This document shows, piece by piece, positions 46,258-57,544 of a stretch of 64,000 bases of DNA (position 1 is the stretch's first letter; every line of letters begins with the position of its first letter). The stretch covers positions 1-64,000 of the forward strand of contig QPMI01000174.1 of NCBI GenBank assembly GCA_004431415.1, read 5' to 3'. The DNA comes from Cyanophora paradoxa CCMP329 (taxonomy: Eukaryota > Plantae > Glaucophyta). The notes under the pieces were generated by a model. It was not told where the DNA came from. It was given only the letters and a program-made list of their open reading frames with translations, and ran no database searches. Made by a program: the position numbers and the translations under genes.

Positions 46258-47190
46258 ATGAATCGACTTGTTAATATTGATAGCAGGGATAGAAGCCAAG
46301 GACAAAATGAAAACTCTTACAGGGTCACTCTCACAACTCCAGTAGAGAGACCAAGGGAATGTAGGGTTCTCTATGCAGAGATTCCAAACAGTATCTATAA
46401 CAGTGTGGGAACTGATCATCTAACAGTTCAGTTTAATTACCAAGATGGTTCATATAACCAAGTGATCACACAACAAGTGTATCCCCTTCCCAGTGGCTAC
46501 ATCAATCAGGGTCATTTTGGGGTAACACACCCTTATAATTATGGGCTGAACTATTCAAGCTTCCAAACCATTGCAGGCAAAACAGTAGCTTTTGAGTTCA
46601 AGATATTCTACAATCCAACTACCTATAAAGTGGAGTTTTACAGTAATCATGAGTTTCGTTTTATTGCAAGCAACAAGCGAATAGGGAAGCTTTTGGGTGT
46701 GAGTTCTACTGAATACACCACTGGGTATTATAGCACTCCTCCTGTTGGTGGATCTCCCTATCGACCTGAGAACCTTTTAAAGTATGATGGCAAACCTATT
46801 ACACCTGATCACCCAGCATGGGGAATCACCTTCTCAGGACCCAGACTCTCCTCTAAGCCCTTGCAATATTATTTTGACAGCAGGAAGATGTCTGATATGA
46901 ATGCTGAGCAGTATCTGTACATGCATATTAAAGAGCTGTCCCCCTTTGCCAGCAGACACAATATAATTCCAAAATCGCAACCACAAAATCAGGGAGCTAT
47001 CCTTAGATTGCAATTGAGTAAGGATATAGGGGGCTATGTTTACCATAGTGGTGAGCATGCAGAATTTATTCAAATCAATGACAGAAACCTGGTGATAAGG
47101 GAACTCACAGTTGAATTTAAAGATTACTTTGGTGAACTGATTGATATGAATGGAATCGATAATTCTTTTCAGTTGGAGTTTATCGAATAA
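46258..47190 (+). CDS. Putative minor capsid (penton) protein 2
   Basis: VNIDSRDR...YRVTL...VLYAEIPNSIYN and C-terminal IRELTVEFKDYFGELIDMNGIDNSFQLEF. Confidence 0.7.
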   Translation: MNRLVNIDSRDRSQGQNENSYRVTLTTPVERPRECRVLYAEIPNSIYNSVGTDHLTVQFNYQDGSYNQVITQQVYPLPSGYINQGHFGVTHPYNYGLNYSSFQTIAGKTVAFEFKIFYNPTTYKVEFYSNHEFRFIASNKRIGKLLGVSSTEYTTGYYSTPPVGGSPYRPENLLKYDGKPITPDHPAWGITFSGPRLSSKPLQYYFDSRKMSDMNAEQYLYMHIKELSPFASRHNIIPKSQPQNQGAILRLQLSKDIGGYVYHSGEHAEFIQINDRNLVIRELTVEFKDYFGELIDMNGIDNSFQLEFIE

Positions 47191-48734
47191 AGGCACCTGT
47201 GAAATCAACTCTCATTGTGGGAGCATTCACATACACAAGGGGATAAATGCGAATATATCTTATTCTCAGAGAATAACCTATGTAAAAAGCATCCTTGATG
47301 CTGAGAGGGAACCCACTCAATAGAGCCACATCACCAGAGTTGTGAGCATTGTTAATGTTCTCACAGACATATATTTTGTTTTGCCCATCTGATCGAATAA
47401 AAGACCAGTTGATCCCATCAGTGGATGTTGCCACATTGAAAGTCTTAATAAAAGCATTGGTGTCCCCTGAACCATAGGCAATAACAGAGGAGAGTTCGAA
47501 AGTATATGGGAAAGCAACTTGAAGGTATTCAGTGGGGGTTTCCCATATCTGCTCAGGAGCATAGGCTCCAGCTTCCCAGCCAAATGCTGAAGGTCTAGCC
47601 ATGAAAGGCTCTTTACCAGTCACAGAGGATGAGGCAGTGAAGGCATCATCTGCAAGCTGATACCAATTAGCATCTAAAGGAGGTGACTCTGTGAGAGTGG
47701 ATGAGATGTAAGCCTTTGTAGGGTTCTTTAGTTCATAGTTTGCTACTAGTAGGCTGCAAAGCTTATTAATCATATCATTGTTTGCTGCAATGTATGTTTC
47801 AGTGAATGCTAGCATATCTGGGATTTTAGAAGTGTCATCCAGAGAGCTTACTATATGATTTGGAAGAGGGACTGATAGCCTATAGTATCTCCCATAATCC
47901 TGATCATAGTTGTATGGTAACAACTCCTCCATCTTATCAAGGCAGAAAGCTCACTTGCAGCCATGAGCATGTTAATCAATGGGCTTCCATCTGTTGAGGC
48001 AATCCATGAGAGAATTCCCCAGCTGTTTACAGTCTCATAAGCATAACCCACATAATCAGACTCTAAATGTGGGTCCACCTCTCCACAAGAGATACTTATT
48101 ACTATAATGTCATCATCATCACTGTAAATCTTCTTTGCATGGCTGTAACCACACACACTGGGATTATTGTTTCCCGAAATGGCACCATCAATGAGACAGA
48201 CATATACCCCCGATTGAAATCAACAATGCTTACAGGAGAGAAATATGTAGGAGCAGCAGAGGTAGCCCTAGCAGCAATCTTACAAGGCAGAAAGTTGTAA
48301 TTGTTATCATTTGTGATAAATATTGGTTTCATATTCTGAGTATCAAAGGATGTGATCACAATGTCCTTTAGGGAATCCTGTATTAGTGATTCCCCAGTAA
48401 CTGAATTGATTGCAGTCTCCAAGGGTCCCACATCATACTTTGTATTAAATAGGGCATTTTCGATTATATTTCGAGGATTTGCGAAAATCAAGGGCAGTTG
48501 GGCTAGGTAAATGTTGTGTAAATCGTTTGCTGTGAGTTTAGGTTCACCTGGTTTATCAGGATGCCTTATATTCAAACCTATTGCAATGATCCCACCAGTG
48601 GAAGTTCCACTCACAAGATCCACAAGATCGATTATTCTCCTGCCAGTTCGATTTTCGATTTCTTTTAGCAGCCTGGTTATGATAATGCCCCTTGCACCCC
48701 CGCCAGAAAGACTTAAAGCGACCTTGAGAGGCAT
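47180..48734 (-). CDS. Patatin-like phospholipase fused to F5/8 type C (discoidin) domain; two apparent frameshifts (~48207, ~47941)
   Basis: GGGARG, GTSTG, ATSAAPTYF, then IDGA after the shift. C-terminal FTASS...EYLQV...STDGINW...RYIRIYP...MRVDF is discoidin-like. Confidence 0.8.
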
Positions 48735-48777
48735 CTTTTACTTATCAGGAATTTTATAAATCCATATAGTAAAAGCC

Positions 48778-51700
48778 ATGAGCTTCAATTACCCACCAAA
48801 TCTAGAAACCATTCAAGATGATAATGCAAGCAGCACCAAGCATGTGAACTTTGATAATATTAAAGTAAAGGGTTCAGTTTCAATTGACCACAGCTCTGAT
48901 AATTCATCAAAGACTCAATCAAGGGAGCATGCTTTATCTGTGAATCAAACCGATCCAGATAAAGAGGATGTCAGTGTAGCCTTTAGTTTGGGTAATGTGA
49001 AAGCAAACCAAGTGGCAGAGATCAAAGCAACAAGAAGGAGACCTAGGAAACTAAAAACCAGTGGCACTCACCCAGATATACCTTCCAGGTTCGATAGTGG
49101 TCGATTGATTTTCAATGTTCAAGATGAGCAGGGCAAACAGAACACAGCTTTGCGAATTTACAATGAGGGCAGCACTGCAAAAGCTGAGGTCCCCAAGTAT
49201 TGCAAGTGGGTCCCATTGCCAATACAAATCAGGTCTCCTACACAAATGATGTCTACCCCAAGGATATTACTTATGACTTTGCAAGAAATGAGCCTTTTGG
49301 TTTCTTTACTCCAAAAGATGTCCATCAAAAAAAGCCATCAATTACAATCAACAGTAGCCCCAGTCAACCAGTAGCAATCCATTTACATCCTGATTTAGTC
49401 GAAATGGATAGGCACCTTTTGCCTTTGTATAGCAATGTGAAAGACCTTGGAATTCGAACCAGGCAATGGCGAAATATCCATGGCAGCAATGTGTATGCAA
49501 ATGGAGAGAAGCTTGTAAGTGAGAAAACTCTAAGGGAAATCATTGAGCATTATGGTCCCAATGGACCTACTGTCCCATTCCCTATTCCATTTCCCAATGG
49601 ACCACCCGATTTAACACCAAAGAAGCAACCTGGAAGAGAATACACAGCAACTGAAGATGTAGCCTTTGGGCAGCATATTGTAAGTTGGGAGCAAGTTCGC
49701 AATAAACCTATAATTGAACCAAGAAAGCAAATAGATGAGCAGTATTTACCTCCTGAAATCGATATATTAGAGCTTGAAGAATATCAATTCGTTCCAGATG
49801 AGGAAGAGTATTTACCAGATGGTTTTGACCCACAAGAGTATGAGTATGATCAATTTGACCCCAATGAGGAGGAGATACTACCAGATGGCTTAGATCCACA
49901 AGAGTTTGAGTATGAGCAGAACTATGAACCTGATGAGGAGTATTTGCCAGATGGGCATGATCCACCAGTTGTTGATTATGAGCAACCTTATGAACCCCAT
50001 GAGGAATTATTACCAGATGGATTTCGACCTGAGATCTGGGAGTTCTTTCCTGATTATGAACAAATTAATAATAAACCTGCAAAGTATCCCCCAGAGGATC
50101 ACAATCATGATTGGGATGAGATCTTAGGCAAACCTCAAAAGTATCCACCAGAGGATCACAGGCATGATTGGGGTGAAATTGATGGGATTCCAACTGAGTT
50201 CCCACCAAGCAAACATGAACATATTTGGGATGAGATCAATGACCAACCAGAATTTGCAAAGGTGGAGCCTCTTGATAACTTGGGGGTTTCTCTTTACCAG
50301 ACTTGTAATATCCCTGAAAGGATCTTTTTGAATGAACACTATGTTCATGTGAATGGGACACTTGCAAATTCAGCTATGAGAGGACCACTTCATATTAGGA
50401 CATTACCAGGCTCTTATGAAACCCCACCTGAACCAGGAGCAACCATACCAAATATCTTTGTGTCAAGCTACATGGAGGCTGACATACCCACAGATACTTT
50501 TAGAGTCCCAACAGACCCAGCAACCTACCAAAATTACAACTCTGCTATACAGGTTCATGTAGCAGATGTAAGCAGTTTAGATGGCTCAAGACCAATGATA
50601 GTTTTCAGTCGAGATAAGTATTCCTACATTCCCATAGTGGGAACTGCAAATGATAACTATGGAGGGCAGAGCTTGCATGGATTAAAACAGATTATGGTGG
50701 GGTTCTGGAAGCCAATCAGAGGATGGCTGCAAAAAACATACACAATGAAAATATTTCGAGAGTGGTCACAGAGGATTATCTAGAAGATCAAGGATATATT
50801 GATGAAGGTGAACTCACAAATATTCTTTCTCTTTTTGTGATCAAAAATGACACAAACCTTACAGTCACTTCCAATATCTACACCAGTAACCTTTATACAA
50901 GTAACATTTTCACAAGTAACCTATGGGCAAGTAACATTTGGACAAGAAAACTATGGGCAGATGATATTTACACAAGTAATCTTACAGTGTATCGAAATAT
51001 AACAATTGGAACACAAAACACTATACAAATACTTTATAGACCTTACTATGCTGTTACTACTGTCATTGATCCAGCCCCAATTATTCCAAATTGTATATTT
51101 GCATGGAAAGCATCAGGTCAACATGGTCAGTTGATATATTATCAAGGTCAGATATATAACAGAGTTACTACACAGATACCATATCTAACAAATTATTCGA
51201 ATTGGGAAACTGTTTATTATTATTTGAATGCAACCCTAAACAATCAAATTTCGATTGGGAAAGAATTAAACATGGCTTATAGGAATAGTGTTTCAATAGA
51301 TTGGTCATTAGGTCTTACATTATTCTTTATAGGTAGGATCAATACTACAAATCCTTCTTATATGTTGAGTATAAGGGATAGTTCTTATCAAAATTGGATT
51401 GGATATGGTTGTAAAAATCAAAAGTTTGGTGTTTCACTACAAATTCAAAATGATATAGAAAATGCAACTCCTCCATTATTCGATGCATCATATATTTATA
51501 ATTCGTGGAATTATTGGGATTTCACTGTTTCCTCAGAGCAAATTGTCGTAGGAATGGGTGGTATTGATATTGGAACATCATCGGGTGATTTTCTTCCACC
51601 TTCTAATTTTGCATCATTTGGTTCTTCTGTTGCTAATGGAGATCTTGCCGAAATTATCGTTTTCAATCGTGCGTTATCTATTGAAGAAAAGAACGCGGTT

Positions 51701-54565
51701 AGATATTATATACAATTATTGTATGGATTTCCAAATACGCAGCCCATATTGAATAATGAAGATCTTAAAATTAATTCGAGCAATATATTTATTGAAAATC
51801 TCACAGTTACCAAAAATGCAACTCTACCACATCATCCCACTTCGAATGTTGTTTTAGATTGGTTAGCAAAACAAACACACACAAAAGCAGATATTACAGA
51901 TTTCGCCCACACTCACACAAAAGATCAAATAACAGATTTCGCCCATACTCACACAAAATCGCAAATCACAGATTTCGCCCATACTCATTTATGGGAGCAT
52001 ATCACAAATCCTCCGTTAACCTTCCCACCTGATTCACACACTCATGATTATTCAGAGATTACAAATAGCAACCACAGGCACCCATGGAGCGAAATAGACG
52101 AACAGCCAGTTTTTGCCCAATTGAATGCAATCGGAAACGTTTTTAATGGAGTCACACTTTACCAATCAATTAATACACCTGAAAGGCTATTTTTGAATGA
52201 TCATTATGTTAGTCTCAATGGTTCATTTACAGGTGAAACAGGCACACCGATGGTGGGAACTCTTGCAGTAAGATTACCCAGGGATCCAATCGTAAATGGA
52301 GTGTATAGTGGCGATTTCAATGTAGGAGTAAACGATACTTTCCCCAGTATCTATGTTACGAATTATCACCCGGGTGAAACAGGACAAGTAGCGGATTTTT
52401 CAGCAGCTATTCAAATTAACGTAACAGATCAAAGCGCATATGATGGAGCAAGACCTAAAATAGTATTCACAAGGGAGAAAGTCGTTAACTATCTTCCTGT
52501 TGTGGGACAACCCACAGACGATCATGGGAAATGTGAGATGGCGTGGATAAAAACGACATCAGGTGGCGCCTTAGAAGTCAATCAGAGAATGGCGGCGAAA
52601 AACTTACACAATACCACCCTTTCCGGTGTTGTTACAGATGATTATTTAGAAAACAAAGATTATGTTACAAATACAGAATTACAATTAGCTGTTACAGATT
52701 TTGTTACAGATACCGATTTAACGGCGGCACTTGCTAATTATCTACCTCTAACAGGTGGAACTGTAACAGGAACTGTGAATGCTACCACTTTACAAATTGG
52801 CGGAACCACAATACCAAAAGGTTACGATTTCGACCAATTAGATGTGGTTTCATCAGATAGAAGCGCGAATAATTGGACTGTTACAGGATGGACACCAAGA
52901 ACCGGACAAACAGGATGTTATACAACACCACAAAATGATGATGATTGTAGCGGATGTTGGATGAGGTGGGTTGTTCCGACAGGTATGAAATCGTTTTATA
53001 TTCAGCACATGCCTTGGGGTAATTGTAGATATTTCGATATCTACGGGCAAACCATTAATAACCATCAACATTTCTTGAAACGCGTTAATGCATATCAGAC
53101 AATCCAGGAAACTTATAATGATGGAACAAATAATACTATCTTGTTTGTATCAATTAATTGCGAGTTTTACAAGTATATTTATGTTCAAGGTCGAAAAGGT
53201 CGCATTCATCTTACGGGGGTTTTCGGTTGGAGTAGACAGAGAGCAACCGACAATGAATTGGGCATGATCTCTTGGGATAATATATTTAGCAAACCGTCAT
53301 TTTACTCAGCCGCAGACCTTCCACAAACCGCAACATGGGCAACAAATACATGGTTAAAATCAGTAGATGCAGTCGAGCGAATTTGGTTTGGTAATGGCGA
53401 TTGCACATATATACGAGGGAGACCCAATGCTGAAAATGTTTGTATTGAGTTTAGAAATCAAGATGATCGAGACATAATGAAAATTTATAAAAATGGAGAT
53501 ATCAATGTAAACTCTGTGTATGCTGATACTGAAATACGTATATTGGGTTCTAAAATTCCATATTCGTTTACGTTTGATTATTCAATGAATGCAACGCAAT
53601 ATTCTTCGATAAGTGGAGGTTGGATTTCAGGAACAGGAACCGCATGGGATCCTTATTACAATTATAGAGCGCATCTTTATAATAATGAGTCCGATGACGA
53701 AACGTCCAGTGCATGGGTTCAATATACCATTAATACGAATTTGTATAGTTCAACAGCATTTATTACCTACCTTCCATGGTCATCTTCCAGATATTTTGAG
53801 GTGTGGGGTCTTAATCGTAGTGGTAACCTTGTTTTTATTACAAGAGTAAATAGTTACCATCCATACTCACAATCATATAATGATCACCACAATGGACTTA
53901 ATAATGTTGCTATTCAGCTTGGAAATCGTTTTACACATCTTAGAATTGTTTGTAAAGTCGGAAGAGTTCATTTAATGGGTATTGGATTCTCTCGACTTTG
54001 GTATATGGGTAGCTATGGTGGTCACACCGGGTTTTATCATTGGGATAATATTTATAGCAAACCGAATATCTTAACAGGAGCTGTGGAGACTTGGTTTAAT
54101 TCCAGTGATGGATATAATCGAATTCATTTCGGTAACAATGGTTCTACATATTTGAAAGGAAGAGGAACTTATCCAATAAGATTTCGAAATGAATTAGATT
54201 CTGATATTTGTTGGATCGATCATAACGGGCGGATGTGGATAAACAATTATTTAACACAAGGAAGTGACAGAAGATACAAAACAGATATTAAAAAGATAAC
54301 CGGCGCTCTTTCAGCAATCGAAAAATTAGAAGGAGTGAGTTTTAAACGAATTGGGAGTGAAAAAGACGGAACAAAATTAGGTTTAATTGCGCAAGATGTA
54401 GAAAAGGTAATACCAGAAATTGTAAGTGTCACAAAAGAAGATGGTTACCTTTCTCTCGAATACACGGGTTTAATTCCAGTTCTCATAGAAGCTGTGAAGG
54501 AGTTGTCCCAAAAATGCAAAGATCTACAGGATCAAATAGACCAAATTAAAAATGTCAAAGTATAA
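48778..54565 (+). CDS. Large modular fibre/spike protein with C-terminal peptidase S74 intramolecular chaperone; two apparent frameshifts (~49195, ~50665)
   Basis: Three overlapping ORFs join by +1 nt. Contains HTHTKxxITDFA repeats, acidic PDEEEYLPDG repeats, SNxxT pentapeptide repeats and SDRRYKTDI...GLIAQDVE...LEYTGLIPVLIEAVKEL. Confidence 0.8.
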
Positions 54566-54568
54566 TAA

Positions 54569-54874
54569 ATGGCGACCTATCCTCTTGGTGGAACCACCTA
54601 TTCTACTGAGCCTGTTGCGCTTTCTTTTGATACAATCACCCTTGTAAACGCATTACAAACAGTTGAAAAAACGATTCAGCAAACTAACAAGCTCTCACCA
54701 GTTGTCAATGAGTATAAAAACCTCTTGGTTAATGTCCTTGCTCAAGCTGCATATGGTGACCCTGTTGCTAAATACACTGAGTGTGATAACAACATTAAAG
54801 CAATGACATCCAACCTGCAAGTTCTTTCAACTGTTTACCAATCCCTTGGATCGAATTTAATCACTTTGGCTTGA
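54569..54874 (+). CDS. Conserved hypothetical protein (ortholog 63363-63671)
   Basis: Highly similar protein in element 2. Confidence 0.8.
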   Translation: MATYPLGGTTYSTEPVALSFDTITLVNALQTVEKTIQQTNKLSPVVNEYKNLLVNVLAQAAYGDPVAKYTECDNNIKAMTSNLQVLSTVYQSLGSNLITLA

Positions 54875-54913
54875 TTGCAGTTTATTTTTCTTTCCTTCTT
54901 AGTAAAAGAAGCA

Positions 54914-55767
54914 ATGGGTGAATATAATCGAGTTCAACTGCCTATATATTCCCTTGGATCCCTGCAATGCATTTTCGCCAGCATGAAGTAAATGATGAGG
55001 TTCGTGGTTTAGAATCCACAGAGAGACCCAATTCCAATGGCAACTCCTTTGATAAAAATTCGATTATTCGAGTTAAAGAGCTGAGAGCTGATAAGAATTC
55101 TGGTGTGGTTAAAACAACTCGACTTCTTGTCACAAATGCTAACTTTTTCCAGCCTACCAATGGAGGTCCTGATGCTTACAGTGTTGATCTGAAAGCCCTT
55201 GATTTCGATAAGAATTCTGCTGCTGTTACTGTGAGATCAGGAGGAGCATTTATTGGTGGTGGCTGCAGAGTTTCAGGTCAGCTATCTTCATCTGTTTCCT
55301 ACAATGATGTCCCAGATACTCTCGAACAAAATGTGGAGAACCCACAACGAATTCGTTTCTACACACCTGTTGCACAGCAACCTTTTTTGCATTTCTATGT
55401 TGCATCCTCTGTAACTCTTGAGAATTCGGAATTAGTTTCCATTACAGGAACTGATCGAGTAAGAAGAAATATTCCTCTTCCCACTGCAATGCTTTCCATG
55501 TGTAGAGCCAATAATAATCAACCAGGACACAACTACTTATTCTTTGTTCAAGCTTCGAACCATTTTGGCAGAGGATATTGTGTTTATAACAATTTGACAT
55601 TTACCTATGATCTGTTTGTCACTGAGGTTGGAGTATACAATACTATGATTATGGGACTGAGAACAGATATAGCAGCTGTATCAGCACTTCGTGGGGTAAA
55701 TGTTGCTGATATATTCACAACAGGATTTTACCAAGAATTAGATGTAATTGATGACCCAACCCCATAA
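54914..55767 (+). CDS. Putative virion protein A; apparent frameshift near 54960
   Basis: MGEYNRVQLP start matches the intact ortholog 62484-63326; paralogous to the next gene. Confidence 0.8.
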
Positions 55768-55790
55768 AAGATATATCCCTTTAATGTAAA

Positions 55791-56624
55791 ATGGCTGAGC
55801 AACCCCCACTTGAACGAATTATTACACCTCAGCTATCATTAGCTGCACCAGCAAACCATGTTCTGCAGCATGCTACTTTTGATGATGTAGAGGGTCTCCA
55901 ATCAACAGAGGTCCAACCTACAATGAACACCTTTGGTTCCACCCATAAACTGAGATTACAGGAACTCAGATGTGATAAAAATAATGGAATAGTTAAAACA
56001 ACTAAGCTACTTGTCACAAATGCAAACTTTTCTGCTCATTATGGAGACCCAGATAGCTATGGAGATCCTCTTTCTACTTATTCTTTTGAATCTAGGTCGG
56101 GAGCTATTAACTGCAAATCGGGGGGAGCTTATATTGGTGATGGTCTTAGGGTTGGTGGGGCTGTTGGAGCGCCTCTATTTGTGAATGATCAACCCAATCC
56201 CATTGATCCCAACACAAGAATTCGAACCTATGTCCCCAGCATGAATGCCCCCTATATAATCAAAATATTCCCCATTGTTGTAAATGAACAAACAGCAGTA
56301 GTAGATTCTCTTGTTGAGATTGGTGACCACTACAAGGTAGTTGTGGATATTCCACCAGATGTTTATGCTGTATGTCAAGTGGAGGGTGGAACTCCTAATT
56401 TTGCAGTTGTGATCACCCCATATGATAATTTTGGTATTGCTTATCATGGAGTCAATTTCGGTTTGGAAGACTATCAGTTTCTGGTTAGAGCCACCAAGTT
56501 TGGTATCTACAAGTGTGTATTATATGCTGAGAGAACCGATTTTATTGCAAGGCAGAATACCTATGCTGAATACTATGGGACAAATCGATATTTCCCCATT
56601 TTTGGGCAGGATACTGCTCCATAA
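55791..56624 (+). CDS. Putative virion protein B, paralog of A
   Basis: Shared ELRxDKNxGxVKTTxLLVTNANF and SGGAxIGxGxRV motifs; ortholog 61619-62464. Confidence 0.8.
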   Translation: MAEQPPLERIITPQLSLAAPANHVLQHATFDDVEGLQSTEVQPTMNTFGSTHKLRLQELRCDKNNGIVKTTKLLVTNANFSAHYGDPDSYGDPLSTYSFESRSGAINCKSGGAYIGDGLRVGGAVGAPLFVNDQPNPIDPNTRIRTYVPSMNAPYIIKIFPIVVNEQTAVVDSLVEIGDHYKVVVDIPPDVYAVCQVEGGTPNFAVVITPYDNFGIAYHGVNFGLEDYQFLVRATKFGIYKCVLYAERTDFIARQNTYAEYYGTNRYFPIFGQDTAP

Positions 56625-56646
56625 GAATATTGGTTATATATAGAGT

Positions 56647-56919
56647 ATGGATAGTAAAACAAAAAAGTTTATTGATGCTGCTATGACAGTCCATGGTAAA
56701 GATAAATTCGATTACAGTGAGACACATTACATCAAAGCTCAAGAGAAAGTATCTGTGAGATGTTTGCAGTGTAATAAAGTGATCCTTACCTATCCCTTTA
56801 ATCATGTGAAGGGATCAGGGTGTAGGGACTGTAACAAAAGAAAGAGTCAAGCACACAGGAAAAGAGCTACTTCATCAATCAGAGTAGAGTATAGGGATAT
56901 TTGCATTAGGTTTGACTAG
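56647..56919 (+). CDS. DUF723-like zinc-ribbon protein (homing-endonuclease-associated domain, no nuclease domain)
   Basis: FI..A..VHG.DKFDYS..Y...KV..CxxC....P.NH.KG.GCxxC; ortholog in element 2. Confidence 0.65.
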   Translation: MDSKTKKFIDAAMTVHGKDKFDYSETHYIKAQEKVSVRCLQCNKVILTYPFNHVKGSGCRDCNKRKSQAHRKRATSSIRVEYRDICIRFD

Positions 56920-56942
56920 TTAATTTTTCTAAGGTATTCTTA

Positions 56943-57341
56943 ATGGAGACTAAATACAGAGGCTTTCATGTTATGCTTGATTACAAGGCTAAATCAGCTA
57001 TAGCAACAGGTTATGAGCATGTTAGCTTCCTAGGTAATTGGATTATGGGAACCCTTGAACAAGCAGTATTGAGACAAGGTATTAGGATTGTTCATAAGCA
57101 TTGTGAGATATTTGATGGCAAAGTATCACCTCCTGGGTTTGCATTGGTTCTGCTATTAGATGAAAGCCATTGTACAGCTCATTGTTATTCCAATGAAGGC
57201 ATGTTAGCAATTGATATATTCAGTTGTGGTAAAGAAGCTCAGCATAAAACACAAGCAGTTGCAGATGAGATCGATAAAACAATGAATTTCCTCACATTTG
57301 AGAAGACTGAGAGACATAAACATGATAGATTCCCGTTTTGA
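56943..57341 (+). CDS. speD: Prokaryotic-type pyruvoyl-dependent S-adenosylmethionine decarboxylase proenzyme
   Basis: GFHVMLD...PPGFALVLLLDESHCTAHCY...MLAIDIFSCG, with the E|SH self-cleavage site and catalytic Cys. Confidence 0.88.
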   Translation: METKYRGFHVMLDYKAKSAIATGYEHVSFLGNWIMGTLEQAVLRQGIRIVHKHCEIFDGKVSPPGFALVLLLDESHCTAHCYSNEGMLAIDIFSCGKEAQHKTQAVADEIDKTMNFLTFEKTERHKHDRFPF

Positions 57342-57544
57342 TGAGTTTCTATAATGATAAACAGGGTAATTTACCTTTTTTATTACAATGGCAATCGTTA
57401 AAAAAGGATATAATATATCCTTTCCTACAATAGCTTTCTACAATGTTTATTTTCCGGATTCCGGACATTATTTACGATAGAATTCTATTGTAAGTAATTG
57501 GAATACTATTCGATTTCATTACAGTAAAACTCAACATTCCCCAA

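Noticed and set aside
50200-54250. Diversity-generating retroelement (TR/VR) in the fibre gene
   Set aside because: No reverse transcriptase is present; the duplicated modules are in-frame and diverged at all bases rather than only at adenines.
33500-54965. Programmed -1 ribosomal frameshifting as a regulatory system
   Set aside because: No consistent X XXY YYZ slippery heptamers. The same lesion type occurs in a host gene and the element-2 ortholog is intact, so sequencing error is more parsimonious.
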